This document shows positions 13,404 to 29,014 of a stretch of 64,000 nt of DNA, piece by piece (position 1 is the first letter of the stretch; the number at the start of each line of letters is the position of its first letter). A program made the translations under genes and the position numbers. The DNA comes from Felis catus. Its lineage: Eukaryota. Below the pieces are notes generated by a model. It had not been told where the DNA came from. It worked only from the letters and a program-made list of their open reading frames with translations, and ran no database searches. The stretch is from contig NC_058368.1 of NCBI RefSeq assembly GCF_018350175.1, positions 139,812,001 through 139,876,000 on the forward strand. Direction: 5' to 3'.

Positions 13404-14749
13404 ATACAGTGGGGAATAGATGTAACTGCTAGGATTATTGTAAACGAAAACTATTAGCCCAGAGTTTAGAATATAAACTATGGGGGAAGTGAGTGTACAG
13501 TAAGTAGCATTATAAGATGTTAAATGTACCTTACTGATGCTTATTATTAGTATCTATTTTTCTTGAGTAACACTGTGCTCTATCCTCATCATGCACCCTC
13601 GCACACACCTGTGTTCCCTGTCGGCTGCCTTGGCTCTCAGCTCTACTATTGTTCACAGCATTGCTGGATCTTCTGCCTGCACCTGCTTTTTATACCTGTA
13701 CCCGTCCCCCTCCTCCCTGCCTCTAACCTCCTAGGACCTTCCCTCCACCCTGACTGCCCCTGAGCTGTCTCTCACGCCTTCCCTCTTTTTCCCCACCTTT
13801 TTTTCTTTGCGGCTACCGTCTCTACTCCTGGAGACATTTCTCTCTTGTCATCATGGGCCAGTGGCACCTGTGTGTCAGTGAGGCAACAGGAGCTAAGTGT
13901 GTGATTCTAGAGCTGATCGTGACATGACAGCCTGGCAGGGCTGGCGAAGAAGCCCACCCGTGGAGATGGCTGAGAGGGCTGGGACACTTCAGGTGAAGGT
14001 GTGGCTGCAGGATGGCTGCACCTTCATTTAACTGCAAATGAGGACAGAGGGGCATGCTGGAGAGGTTTGGTAAACATACTGGGGCTGTATATATACAGGA
14101 GAAGGCTAAACATGAGCATGGTGCCCCTGGGTGAATGGGTCATTAGTCCCATGGAATAATCTAGGGAGAAAGAACTCTAGATCAGATCATTTCAGGAAAT
14201 GCTGAATGTGCATGCTTTTTCCTCCTTGTAGTTATTCCCCCCATACTTTAGCTTTTTGAAGGCTCTGAGAAGTCCTGCATTAAGCCTGTTTCATATTTCT
14301 TATCCTTCTTTTCAAAGCACAAATGTCAGTTCTTCAGGAAAGCTTTTTCTCATCTCCAGAAAGGTCAGCCCTCTGGCCATCCCATATATGCTCTTATACC
14401 ACTCTCTACTTTTCGTCCAAAGCATTTATCACAATTTGTGCATTTATTTTGTGATTAAAACAATAACAACAACAACAATATATTCTTGCCCCACTGGATT
14501 GGAAGAATCCTGAGAATGCCAGGTTCGCCACTGAATCCCTAGCCTCCCATAGTAGGTGCTCAGTGTCTAGTCCTGGAATGAATGAGGGGGCAGAGCTGAT
14601 TGCTGGTAAGCTGGTTTGCTGCACAGCCATGGGGTGGAAATGATGCTGAACACTCGCTATTGGCCCGCTGCTGTGCAAGGCAATTCCAGTACTCAGAGAT
14701 TATTAGGAAACGTCTGTCGAAATGAATTGCTTTTTGGTGTGAATGATGA

Positions 14750-14947
<198 letters not shown>

Positions 14948-17382
14948 TGATTATGGGTAATTTTGAGCAAGTTCAAGTTGCCCTAAAAATTTTCCAGGAG
15001 GAATATACATATTCTTTTTATCCATTTTCTGCTGTAACCCCCACTCCCGCTTGAACACACATACTTTTTTCAAACACAACTGGGGTTCAGTTAGTGCTCA
15101 CATTTAACAGGCCCAGCACTTCTGGTAGATAAACAGTAGCTCAGAATTAAATTGCCAGATGCTCTTTAAATCAAAGCCCACTCCTTCAGTATGAAATATA
15201 ATTGGCCAGTAGCCCTTTGCCACAAGGAGGAAGCTTTGTTTCTATATTAGAGACTGTAAATGTGTCTTTTACCCAAAGGCAAAAGAGACCTCTTGGAATA
15301 AAAAAGCTCACCATAAATTAAATCTACTGGAGCAGAGTCAAATGCTCCATAAAAGGAATCCATTACTAGCTGTTTGTGGAAATGCTGAGTTGGAAGGTTA
15401 ATGGGGGTGGGTACTGTCTGAATCAGGGCCTCCTCCAGGGCTGAGCTGCCTCTCCCAAGAGCTGTGGGAAGTAGGAAGAGAAACTCCTGGGAGAGGAGCT
15501 CTTTAGGAGCCCTGGAGACAGGTGAGAACTCTGGACTCCTCTTGGCTTTCTGACTGCCTCTACCTAGAGAAGCCTCAGCTGGACCCTGAGGGGAGGGAGC
15601 AGCCAGATATGGTGGACATACCTGTCCTAACCACCCCCCACCCCCCACACTGGGAGCCCCTGTTTCCATGTCTTTGGAACCAGAGCGGTGCCACAGATCT
15701 CTCCAGTCTCCTCCATCTCCAACCTAGGAGTTCCTTTGTGCCAGATGGGAATAGAGACTTACCTACCCTTCCATCCCTTCCTTCCTCCAGGGACCTTGCT
15801 CCTCCCTGTGTTTTACCATCCCAAATGTTTGTAGGGAGGGAAGGAATGTTATTATACATACTTAGGTGTCTAAGTATGTTAATGCCCCAAATATTTGCTT
15901 ACGTGCAGAATATTTGCTCTATACACAGAACTTGTGTGTGATTTTGGTTTCACCAGAATTGGCCAGATTCACTCTAGAAAGGAGGGTTTGTTAGTCTGCC
16001 CGCCAGGTATAGAACTGGACTTGACCATTTCAGTTCTCTGTTAGATTGGGAATATACTCAATGTATAACAATAAGAAAATATAAATAAGGTAAAAATTTA
16101 TAATTATCATCCCCCCCAATAAAGAGAACTCTTGTTAATGTATTGGTTCATTTCCTGTCCTCTAGACTTACAGCAGTATCGTCAAATTGAGATGATATTG
16201 TTGTTTGAGGTATGACCCTGTGTCTCTGTTCCATGTTGATAGAGACCTTTGATAGTTTGTTAGTGTAAGTGTGATGTTTTGGATGAGCCCCCAGAGGGGC
16301 TGATTGCCACCCAAAAGTGAGTCTTTAATAAATGCTTTCTAATACTAATTATGTTAACGCTCCAAGCAGGTTGATCCTGTGCTCGGGTTGGCAGAGTACT
16401 GAGCTAGATGCTATTGTCCAGCTCTGTGACCCTGGGGAAGTTGCTTCCTGTCTCTGGTTTAAGGGTTGGGCTAGACCATAAACAACGTTCTTTCAGTACT
16501 AATATTTTAGAAATGTCTGTCTGCACATCAGCATTCCTTTCAGTGAGAGGTTAAAGTGTGTTATTTTCTTATGATTTCGTATTTCTTGGAAACACTGTTA
16601 CCCTCTTGGTAAGAAAACGATTACCCCAGAGAGAAATTAGAAGTCTTGTACTCTCTTATACATTATAACTAAGAAATTTACAAGATAGAGAAAAGCATCA
16701 ATAAGGCAATAAAAATAACTCCCTAATCCTGCCATCTAGACATTATCGTTAATATTGTTGATGTGTTTCCTTCTCTAGATAGTGTTGTGTCCAAAGTCTG
16801 TCAGTGTTAAATGAGTACTTTTTCCATTTTAAAAATTAATCTTGGAAACCACTGTTTAATTTTTAGTTAAGTACACATAACGTAACATTTACGATTTTAA
16901 CCGTTGTTGAAGGTACACTTCAGTGACCTGAAGCACAGTCACGTTGCTCTGCCTCCACCCCCACCACCCAGTTCCACAACTCCTTCCATGTTCCCAAACT
17001 GAAACTCTGCTCATGACTCTAACTCCCCATTCTTCCTTCCCCGAAGTTCCTGGCAACCACCACTCTGCTTTCTGTCTCTATGAACTTGACTATTCTAGTC
17101 TGTCATAATGAAGTAATGTTTCAGAAATCATTTTTAATGGTTGCCTGCTAATCCGACATGTGGATATACCTCACTTTGTCCAGTGAGTCTCTTTGTCAAA
17201 CATGTAACTTTCTTTCAATTTTTCACTGTTAACCAACAATCCTACAGTGAATGTCCCCTGTACCTATTTAAAAATGTGATCATAATCTATTTTCCCATAT
17301 GCCTATATAGGGCACCTCTACTTTGTCTTTTCATTATGCAAGTTTTTTCCTCCTCCTTAATGTGTTTAGATTACATTTTTGA

Positions 17383-17589
<207 letters not shown>

Positions 17590-17705
17590 TGAAAAGACTG
17601 GATAAAGCTTACACAAACATTGTAACGTGGTCGTCAGCAAAACATCCTGATTGTGATTGACATATATAGGTAAGAAATTTTACTCTGAATAATAAAGTTT
17701 GTATT

Positions 17706-18070
17706 TTTTTAAGTTTTTTTTTTATAAGTAATCTCTACACCCAACGTGGGTCTTGAATTTACAACCCCAAGATTGAGAGTCGCATGCTCTACCAACTCAG
17801 CCAGCCAGACGTCCCTAAAGCATTTATTTTTTAAATTAAAATTATGTATTAGGGGCGCCTGGGTGGCTCAGTCGGTTAAGCATCTGACTTTGGCTCAGGT
17901 CATGATCTCATGGTTCGTGGGTTTGAGCCCCGTGTCACGCTCTGTGCTGACAGCTTGGAGCCTGGAGCCTGCTTTGGATTCTGTGTCTCCCTCTGTCTCT
18001 GCCCCTCCCGTGCTCATGATCTGTCTCTGAAAAATAAACAAACATTAAAAAAATTTTTTTAATAAAATAA
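17706..18070. mobile_element. Head-to-head pair: short Can-SINE (-) 17706-17815 and Can-SINE (+) 17852-18070
   Basis: Two tRNA-derived heads in opposite orientation. Confidence 0.85.
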
Positions 18071-18569
18071 AATTGTGTATTAATCTTTGGAAAAGATTAA
18101 AGATTCAGGTGGTCCAAAAATTTAAAAATATAATCAGTAAGGGTTTTACAATAAAAGTGTCCCACCCGCCCTTGACCCCGTTTGTCTGGTTCCCATACTA
18201 CCCTTGCTAGTGGATCTATTATCATAAATTTCTGTTTTTTCCAGTTTCTTTTTATGCATAAACAAACAAACATAAATATATAATACTCTTACTACATTCC
18301 TCTGTCCTTTTTACACAGTGGTGATATACTTGTACATATTGTCCTGCATTTAGCTTTTTTCCTTTAAAAATATAGAGTGGAAACTGTTCCATATTAGTAC
18401 AAGGAGAGTTTCTCCATTCTTTTTTAGGTAGCTGTGGTATGGACATATCATAATTTGTTTAGTTGTCAGTTGATGGGCATTTAAATTGTTCCTAAGCTTT
18501 AGCTTTTATAAACAGAGATGCAGTGAATAAACATACATGTCTAAAATTTTTTTACTTAAAAAAAATTTT

Positions 18570-19232
18570 AAATTGTAAAATAAATACAACAAAATTTATC
18601 ATCTTAACCATTAAAAAAAATTTTTTTAATGTTTATTTTTGAGACAGAGAGAGACAGAGTATGAGTAGGGGAGAGGCAGAGAGAGGGAGACACAGAATCT
18701 GAAGCAGGCTCCAGGCTCTGAGCTGTCAGCACAGAGCCCGACACGGGGCTCAAACCCACAAACTATGAGATCATGACCTGGGCCAAAGTCGGATGCTCAA
18801 CCGACCAAGCCACCCAGGTGCCCCATCATCTTACCTATTTTTAAGTGGACAGTTCAGTAGTGTTAAGTCGATTCACACTATTATGTAACCAATCTCCAGA
18901 ACTTTTTCATCTTGCAAAACTGAAACTCTATGAACAACAACTACGCATTTCCTCGTCCTTCCCCAGCCCCTGGCGACCACCACTCTTATTTTCTGTTTCT
19001 GTGAATTTGACTATTCTGGGTACCTCATATAAATAGAATCATACAGCGTTGGTCCGTTTGTCACTGGCTTATTTCATTTAGCATAATGTCCTGAAGGTTT
19101 ATCCATGTTGTAGCACGTATCAGAATTTCCTTCCGTTTTAAGGCTGAATGATACTCCATTGTATGTCCATACCACATTTTGTTTATCCTTTCATCTGCGG
19201 ATGGAGATTTGGGTTGCTTCTACCTTTTGGTC
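18570..19232 (-). mobile_element. Old L1M 3' fragment interrupted by a Can-SINE (~18613-18824)
   Basis: Typical L1M reverse 3' sequence. SINE TSD ATCATCTTA(A/C)C(C/T)ATT on both sides. Confidence 0.7.
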
Positions 19233-21439
19233 ATTGTGTAGACGTGTTTGTAAAGAAAGACAACTTTGTATATTGATGCAGTAAAGCAGACTCAGTCACA
19301 GGAGGGTTGTGGGGCAGCCGTGCATTAGGTTCTAGCTTACTGAAAAGTGTAAACGCAGGAAGACCGAGGTGTGGCAGCCCTGTTAGGTGCTCACACACAT
19401 GTACCTTATGCCAATCCTCACATCTCCTCTGTGAGGTGGACAAAATTACCCGTTTTCAAGAGATTTCAGCAATGTCAACGTCACACACACAGTAAGACAC
19501 AGAGCCAGGCTTCAAAGCCAAAGCTGCTTGATTGTGTAGTGCTTTTCCACAGCTGTGAGCAGAGGTGACTGCTTCTGCAGCTTGCTGTCTTTTCCTTCCT
19601 TGTCTTTACCCACACTGTTCATCAGCTCAGCACATCCCTAATTCCCAGCATGAGCTGAGTTCACCCCAGTTACTATTGCAGAATCACACATTTTACATAT
19701 GTGGGACTTGAAGTAGTGATGTGTTATTTTACTTTTCTGTATATGTCAGTTTTTAAAATTATCATAAAAAGTCATATAAGCCTTGGGGCACCGGGGTGGC
19801 TCAGTCAGTTAAAAGCCTGACTCTTGATCTAGGCTCAGGTCTTGATCTCATCAGGGTCGTTAGTTTTACCCTGCTCGGGCTCCACACTGGGTGTGAGCCT
19901 ACTTAACAAAAAGGCAACACAAACCCACTGTGGACAATCTGGAAAACACAGAAAAGCATAAGGAAGAAAAAAGCGTCCACCCATAACTCTGTCACTTGGG
20001 TGGAAGTGCCCCACTTGCACTCCTGTGCTCATCACCTTCCCTTAACATTTAGCATTAGTATTCACACGTCGCATCATATTTTCCATGCTTTCCTTTCATA
20101 CTGTATTCCACTTTTTCATTAACACTTAACACCTCTGGGACAGTCTTGTGGGTGGAGATTCCATAGCACTGGGAAGGGAATTCATGCTTGGCCCCCAGTG
20201 CCTGTGGACTGGATGTCCTGGGAAATAGTAGCCTCAGTGCTACAATTTGACTCACAATTTGATTTTCCCATATTCCCTTCTCTTCGTCTTTTTTCTCTGG
20301 GCACATAGTTGGCACCCAACACCTATTTCATTAATAAAAAGCACCTTTTCCACTCACTCCCACAGTATTTACCAAGGATAAGTGACTCTAAGAGTAAATG
20401 AAAGTGTGGATGGAAAAAAGGAGCCAGGGTTTTGTGTAAATAGGACTTTCCCAGAAACCTGCTCCCTCGGTCAGAGGTGTCACAAAACTCCTGGAGGGCT
20501 TCCCACCCTCAGTGGCAGGAGTGCTGTATTTCCACTCCAGGGCACACTCCCTGGGAAGGTTTTCCTGCGAACTTGAGAATGCTGGCTCTTAGAATGCTGC
20601 CTTCCCACAGCAGGCTGATCATCTGGATTCAAATGGCCTCACGAGCCAGAATCTAGGCAGTATACAATGGAAGACTTGCTAACTGCCTGCAAAGTGCTAT
20701 TCTTCCTAATTTCATTACTGTCCTCTCTTGATGAGAAACTGATTACTGTCAGTCCTAATCTTCCGGCCCACCTGGTTCTTAGCACCTCCAACTCACAGCC
20801 AGATCATGTGGGTTGGTGGGAGTCGCACTTGTTGCAAATGCTCAGCCATGTGAGAGAATTATTGGGATAAATTGCTGGATCCCTAAGCATGGAAACATGG
20901 GTTCCTAAAATTGGAACTTCTTCTGGGATTATTTCTGACCATTCGTTTTGATTATCTTCAGGATTCCTGAGCAAATTTTTCCTGTGCCATTTTAAAAATA
21001 AATAAAAACCACCATCTTTTTCTCAGGAAAATGTATAGATGTGTGTGGATTGTGCATGGCCTAAAATCTAGGGGACACCTTTTGTTATTTGGACAAGATA
21101 CCATATGGGTTCCCAGGCCACTCATGCCCCAAATTATGTCCAGAATATCCCTTATTGCATATTCCATTTGGTTAAGTTTCCAATCCCTAGCCCCTTGGTT
21201 GGAAGCGTAGAATAGAAAAAAATTCTAGATAGAAGTCCTGCGGGCTGAATTCTATACTATGAATTAGTAGTTTTGTCATGGATGCTACTCTTCTTCTTTT
21301 TTTTTTTTTAAGTTTTATTTATTTAATTTCTACACCCAACGTGGAGTTCAGACTCATGACCCTGAGATCAAGAGGTGCATGCTCTTGGCGCTCCAAGGAT
21401 ACTATTATTCTTAGTAAGATCCAGCACTTTTCGCCCTCA

Positions 21440-21745
21440 TTAACACATGGCTTCAACTTCTTGGTCTAAGAGGGCTGTTCAGGCTCTTGCCATCATGCAA
21501 GCATTCTAGTCAGGAGGAAGGAGAAAGAGAATGGCGTCCTTCCTGTCTTTAGAAATACTTTCTAGAAGTTGCACGTGCCACTTCCATTTATATAACAGAA
21601 CTTAGGTCACATATCTAAGTGCAAGGGAGGCTGGGAAATGTTTGGGGTGGTCAGGTGCCCCGCTAAAATCAGGAGGTCTCTTTTTATAGCAGAAGGAAAA
21701 GGCTATTGGGGGAAGGAGGTGTGGCACACTGACTAAAGTCTCAAC
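21440..21745 (-). mobile_element. Old MLT1-type LTR fragment
   Basis: agaacttaggtcacatat..gcaagggaggctgggaaatgt motif. Confidence 0.5.
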
Positions 21746-22197
21746 CACAGATGGAGTCAGTCCTCATATTACTTATTTGCTGAGGACTTCCCAGTACGGT
21801 GAGCCAGGGAGACCTCTGGAGGTCTCGGAGAGATGTTTGGGTTCTCATCGATAGAGGATGTGTAAAACATCATCTGTTGATAGTCAGTCCCTAGTCTAAA
21901 TCTTTTCCCCTGCCCTGTGGACACAGCACCTAACACCATCAATATCTAGCATCTCTTGAATAATTACCATGTGTCATGCACAGTCCTAAGGGCTTGATAT
22001 GTACTACCGCATTTACCCCTCACCACTATACCATGGGGTAGCCTTTGAGCCCTAGAGAAGCTAAGGACTGACCCAAGTTCACCCTGGAGGGAGGCAGCAA
22101 GATCAGGATTTGAACTCAGGCCCCTCCCTCCCTGTTCCAAAGCTGGAGCTCTTAAATACTAGGCCATCCTGCCTGACACTTTCATTTTTAATTTTAG

Positions 22198-22455
<258 letters not shown>

Positions 22456-22630
22456 TGAACAGCTGCCTCTCCCTCTCTTTACTTTGCCAGCATCAGTAGT
22501 CAGAGCTCATAGGCTAAGTGGCCCCATCCATGTCGGCTCGAACAGACTTAGCATGCTTGCCCCTCATGGTTGGCCCTCTGCCACAGAGTCTTGGGCTGTG
22601 GTACCTTCTGGAAGTTCTCAAACCTACATT

Positions 22631-22841
22631 TTTTTTTTTAATGTTTATTTATTTTTGAGACAGAGAGAGACAGAGCATGAACAGGGGAGGGGCAGAGAAA
22701 AAGGGAGACACAGAATCGGAAGCAGGCTCCAGGCTCTGAGCCATCAGCCCAGAGCCCGACGCGGGGCTCGAACTCACAGACTGTGAGATCGTGACCTGAG
22801 CCAAAGTCGGATGCTTAACCGACTGAGCCACCCAGGGGCCC
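22631..22841 (-). mobile_element. Can-SINE
   Basis: TSD CTCAAACCTACATT. Confidence 0.92.
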
Positions 22842-23504
22842 CTCAAACCTACATTCTAATGAGTGATAAAGAAGTTGACATTCACCGCTCTGCAGCTTTT
22901 AACACAAGCTGGTGCTGGCTCTCTAGCACTCAAGTATCCTGTGATAGTCACAGAAACCTTATTCATCTTGAGAACACAAAACACTTGTCTCCAAGACATT
23001 CTCTCTGCCTTCTTTCATTATTACATCCTCTGCTAGCTGCCACTCCCACAGCTTCTCAACAGAATGCCTTTCTCTCCAAGATTGGAGTCTATACCTTCAG
23101 GCAGGAATTAGTTACCAGGCACCACCCTCAATTTGTACTTTGTGTTGTTACCATGCTAGGCTGAATGCCCCGCCCTGGTCCAGTAGGTTGGTACCAGAAT
23201 TCAGCTCCTACCCTTCAGGTGTTTACCCCTGAGGAGCATCAGGCCTGATTTGCTGTCTAGTTGCTAATCCTGAGAAATTTTCCTTAAATCCTTAAGGCAA
23301 AATGCATTGATTTGCCTCTTCTTCTCACAGTCCTGTTTAATGGGCTCAGTGGTCCTGATATATTATCTGGATGGTATGACATATGTATCATTTAAAGGCC
23401 ACATCATTCTACTCAAACCTTTCTCACTTGCCCGTAAAGCAAAATGACTTTTTCGTAACCATTAGAATTGTTTTATCTCTCTCCCCCTCCTAGTCATTTT
23501 CTTT

Positions 23505-23704
23505 TTTTCCCCCAAATGTTTATTTATTTTGAGAGGGGGAGAGCATGACCAGGGAAGGGGCAGAGAGATAGAAAGAAATCTCAAGCAGGCTCTGCACTCT
23601 CAGCACAGTGCCCAATGTGGGGCTCGAACTCACGAATTGTGAGATCGTGACCTGAGCTGAAATCAAGAGTCAGAGGCTTAACCAACTGAGCCACCCAGAT
23701 ACCC
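23505..23704 (-). mobile_element. Can-SINE
   Basis: Reverse SINE body. Confidence 0.85.
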
Positions 23705-24460
23705 TTGATTTCTATTCCTCCTGCTCTTTTGTTCTCTTCCTCTTTGCCTTAGCTTCATTCTTTCTTAGATCATCACTGTATTTGAGTGACAGTAACTTCC
23801 TCAACTTTTGCCTTTTCTCTTGCTTTTAAATGATTGTTTTCACATTTTCTTTAAAATTAGACATATTCATTAGTTCTATTTTTAATGCCTGCTAGCATTT
23901 TTAGATTCTTCTTCCTAGATGAGAATAAATTACTCTTCTACCAACTGAATAAGCCCTTCTTCCTAACAAATCTTTAAGATGTGAGAATCAGATGAACTTT
24001 GAGAGTCATACACAATGCACAAATGTATGAAGGAGACCCTCTGAAATGTAAGAGTTGTTCACCTTGGTGACAACTGGGGACGAAGATCTAGAGTAGGAGG
24101 AAGGCTTGTTTTTTAATATGTATCCTTAAAATCTTTTTTAACCAAATGTATTTATTATTTATTTTAAATTCACTTTGTTCATTAAACAAATATATGCTTA
24201 TTATTTTGTTTTTTTACCAAATCCATTTATTATTATTTTAAATTCTCTTTATTAAACAGATTTATATACTGGCCTAATATAGATCCTGGCCTAATATAAA
24301 TCATTAAATCCAGTGGTTCAGAGGCAGATGGGAGCTTCCTAAAATCTGGCTCATGCTATTTTAATTTCCACCAGTTTAAGCATGTGATACTCGGCAAATA
24401 GTTCAATGCTTTGGCAGACAAACTATTATTGCTTCCAAGGACTGTTTAAAGAGACCTGTG

Positions 24461-24682
24461 GCGGAGCACCTGGGTGGCTCAGTTGGTTGAGTGTCTGACT
24501 CTTGGTTTCATCTCACGTCTGGATCTCACAGTTCGTGGGATCAAGCCCAGCGTCGGGCTCTGTACTGACAGCGCGGAACCTGCTTGGGATTCTCTCTCTT
24601 CCTCTCTCTGTGTCTCTGCTCCTCCCTCGTTGTGCTCTCTCTCTCAAAGAAATAAACTTAAAAGAAAAAGAAAAAGAAAAAG
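24461..24682 (+). mobile_element. Can-SINE
   Basis: Head, (CT)n, (A5G)n tail. Confidence 0.87.
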
Positions 24683-26226
24683 AGCTAGGCTTTCCAAATC
24701 CCTTTCCTACAGAAACTTGAAAGACTACCCAGCCCAATTCCAGAATGCACAGAGCATGTGTACTTCTCAAAGAAATAAAAATGCTGTGATACAAAGGTTA
24801 ATGCATTTTGCAAGTTCTTCCCTCTACCTTGTGATGTTTTGGGTTTTGATCTTGTTGGATTCCTCATTGTTTCAGGAGAGGGAATGAAGAGTAAAGGAAA
24901 AAGTGAAGTGCCCTCGGCTCCCAAGTTTGTTGGATGCCCCACCCTCAACCTTTCCTTTTTCAGGATTTCCTGGGAGTTAGGCAGTGTAAGAGTAAAGTTA
25001 GGGTTGGGATAGAGAGGACCCTGCATTTTATAATCTCTGAAGCAATTATGGGTAATTCATACTTGACATTCCTATTCCACCTTCTGTTCACAAGGTCCAG
25101 TTACTAGAGAAAAGACCAGCTCATCTCCTTGGGCATGCTTCCCAGGGCTTTGTAGACCTCCCAGAGGAGACTGCAGATGCTGTGAAAGGCACAGGCTGAT
25201 CTGTGATGGGGGCTGAGGCACAAGCCCCACCACTTTCTTCTCAGAGGTTTTGAGAACCAGGTGCCCATATCCTTTTAGTCGATATCTTGCCCCAGCCTTG
25301 ACTCCTGTCTTGCTGTTCAGATTATCTTTCATTTAGATTCACTTTTATTTAAGTGAAAGACAAAAATAGGAGCTGCCATATGTACACAAGGAGAATAGGA
25401 AGTCCCAAACCTCTAGGGCTGTGTGTCCTTAACTGTTCTGCAGCCTCCGGAAGGAGGATTATCTGGAGCTCTGATGGCATATGCATGACAGGTGCAGCTC
25501 TATGAAACCATGACACCTGCTTTCACTTGGAGATTTTTTCTCCAGTTTCTTTCATTGGGTTCTGTAGAAGGGACAAAAGGAACCTTTGAAAACCCAGAAA
25601 ACCAGACAGAGAACAGAACAGAGAACAGAAATGCAGGCAGAGAACCATGTGGATTAAGCCTGGCTGCGGTGGCTTAACACAAAATGATATCGGCCCCTGT
25701 ACTCTCCACTCCTTTGGCCCCCCAAGTTAGGCTTCTACTTTACTCTCCTCGCACCAGAGTAGGATGAATGGAGGGACCAGCTCTGGGGCCCTGTTAAGAG
25801 AGTATATCCAATCCAGGCCTCATTGAAACTTTGATATGAGACAATCAAACATGCAAAAGAAGAAAGAGAGATACTTGTTGAAAGTAAGGCCTTCAAAGAT
25901 GCCTTTGTTGTGACATTTCCTAAGCCAAGACATCCCCTCTGTTTTCTTTTGGGGTGAATAAATATCAGTCAGCAAATTGGGATAGAAGCATGGGATACAA
26001 CACAGCAAACCCCCTCACATTTCCTGTGTTAGTACTCAAGCTTTTTACTTCAGACATTTGTCTCCATCTTGGATGACAAAAAGTTATCCAGTTACAGGTA
26101 ATATTGAAAACATAAGTCTCAGTTACCACCTTACCAGTTCTATCTGAAAAACTGTCTACATCCCATGAAATAAGGCAATAAGCACAAAATGTCTGAAATC
26201 ATCTGATGCAGTTACCTTTAATTTAG

Positions 26227-26610
<384 letters not shown>

Positions 26611-26879
26611 TAAACTGAAGTTTGCAAAGGATAATTACTTTTACTGAGCCATATTGAAAAGGTGTTATTTAGCCTTTAAGGAAATTAAGGTTCCCAACTG
26701 AATATGCACTAAGGAAGCAAGGATTTAATGGTGGGCTTATCCCTGGGAAACCAACCTGTTTCTAGTATTCCTTGGGATTGTCTTGGGGTAAAAGGTTCAT
26801 TCCCTAACAAAAGGCTCGCTGTTTAGGGCTTCCACACCAGGAGGAATCCCTTAAGCCAAGTCTGGGGTACAGAGTTCTT

Positions 26880-27091
26880 TTCTTTTTTTTAATTTTTTTT
26901 AATGTTTATTTATTTTTGAGAGAGAGAGAGTGTGTGGGGGAGAGCAGAGAGAGAGGGAGACAGAATCCAAAGCAGGCTCCAGGCTCTGAGCTGTCAGCAC
27001 AGGGGCTGACACGGGGCTCAAACTCACGAGCCACAAGATCATGACCTGAGCCGAAGTTGGACGCTTAACTGACTGAGCCACCCAGGCGCCC
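26880..27091 (-). mobile_element. Can-SINE
   Basis: TSD CTGGGGTACAGAGTTCTT. Confidence 0.92.
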
Positions 27092-28379
27092 CTGGGGTAC
27101 AGAGTTCTTATAGGATGAGGTCTTGGATGAGACGAGCTGTCCTATGGGAAACTTGGGATACAGACTCAGGCCTCTCCTTGAGTAGAAGATTCCAAGCCAT
27201 GGAATCAATTCAGCCAGACTCCAGCTGTCAGAATTAGTGAGGTCAGGTCAGTTGGAGTCATTAGCTTTGCTTTTTTTATGATTTGACCAAAACCTAGGAA
27301 ACAGAAAGTTTGTTTGGCATTAATCAGCTAAGTAGCTTGAAAAACAAGAAAGCAGATACTTTTCTTGACAAAACATTCTATTCAGAGCACTTTCTGTACA
27401 TGGATATTATGAGATGTGTGTGAACAAGTCCCATGCTCAGGAGTCGATCTGCATTACTGATTGCTGGGATCGTAGATGGCAAAACCACAGCCCCTGAATA
27501 CATGCTTCTTACACCACCTATAAGTAAATTATGGTACTTTATATTACTAATTCTAAGGCTACATTGTCATGTAAAAAATGGAAGATAATGCATTGAAAAT
27601 GTTGAATATTGACTATGGTTTCTGAAAAGGTTCCTTTTTTACTATTAAGATTTCTCCTTTGTCACTAATTAGGCATATAGCATTCTGTGAAGTTTTTAGG
27701 AAAACTTAGTTGCCTTCTCGAAATCTCTTTTTGACCTAAAGAAATGATTTGAAAATACAGTGTATCTTCCGAGTACCTGCCAGCAGGATAAAGGGGATTA
27801 GTGTTTTAGTGGAACAGTACGGAGTGCCTAGAATGTGTTCAGTTCGACCAGGCGAGGGCTGCATCAGCTCTTAACGTAAGCCAGGGTGCATGTTTGGTGG
27901 GATTTATAATCTAGTTGGCGTGACAACAGCAACATACATAATCCAAATACAATCCAGGGTAATGCTACTGACACTAAGGAGTTTGTGGGCTTTTAGGCAA
28001 AGGAGCAACATGCTGACAGTGGTATTTAAGAATTAGTTTGGCAAATACAAGATGAAGAAAGGAACAGGATTCGCCCAGGAGTACATTGTTCATGCGTACA
28101 GTTGGCCCTCCCTGCTTCTCTGACATTTTTCTGGCATGCCTCCTCCCCAGAGCTCAGGCCCTCCTCTTGTGGCATCTGCTTGCTCCCACACACACTCTGC
28201 TAGAACCAGGAGCCTGCCTGTCCTGTGTTTGTAACCGCGACCTCCTTGGAGACACGGGTCTCATCTCTTTCCCTAACATCTCTTGGGGGTTAGGTATCCA
28301 GTGCGTGTTTGCCCAGTGAGTAATCCTGGCCCAGGGCACGCACACTTCCATCAGACACTGGAGTGGCATGATGGCGCAC

Positions 28380-28545
28380 GCCTGCTGCTTCGAGTATGGT
28401 TAATGGACAGCAACGGCAGCAGCTGGGAGCTTATTAGAAGTGCAGATCCTAACCCCAGACCGACTGAATGAGACTCTCCATTGTAACAGGATCCCCAGGT
28501 GAAATATGCACTTTGAGTCAGAGAAATGGGGGTGCATAGCAGCTC
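28380..28545. mobile_element. MER5A-like hAT remnant
   Basis: ctgggagcttattagaagtgcaga..cagaccgactgaat..taacaggatccccaggtga. Confidence 0.65.
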
Positions 28546-28849
28546 TCTGAATGTGGGAGCTCCACATCTCAGGAAGGTTGTCCCTTACCGTTGGGCAGGG
28601 ACTCAGCTGTTGAATCTCGTATCTGCTCCTTTGGTCTGTGTCAAGCACATTAGGTGCATGACAAGTGCTAGAGTGAATCCACACTCTGGTCACCCTACAG
28701 GAATTCCAGCGAGGGGAACTGGAAGGGCTTTCATCCACTGGGCTGCTTCTCTAGCAGCCATCAGAAGAATGAGTTGCGACCACAGAAAATTCAGTTAGAA
28801 TGGAGATCACAACAAAAAGAGACCTCGGCACGTGGTGTTTCGCCTCTGA

Positions 28850-29014
<165 letters not shown>

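Noticed and set aside
15247..15941. Overlapping 140-aa and 139-aa ORFs
   Set aside because: No recognisable domain or exon structure, consistent with chance in GC-richer intronic DNA.
21809..21826. Hairpin GAGACCTC-TG-GAGGTCTC
   Set aside because: 8-bp stem with no supporting context.
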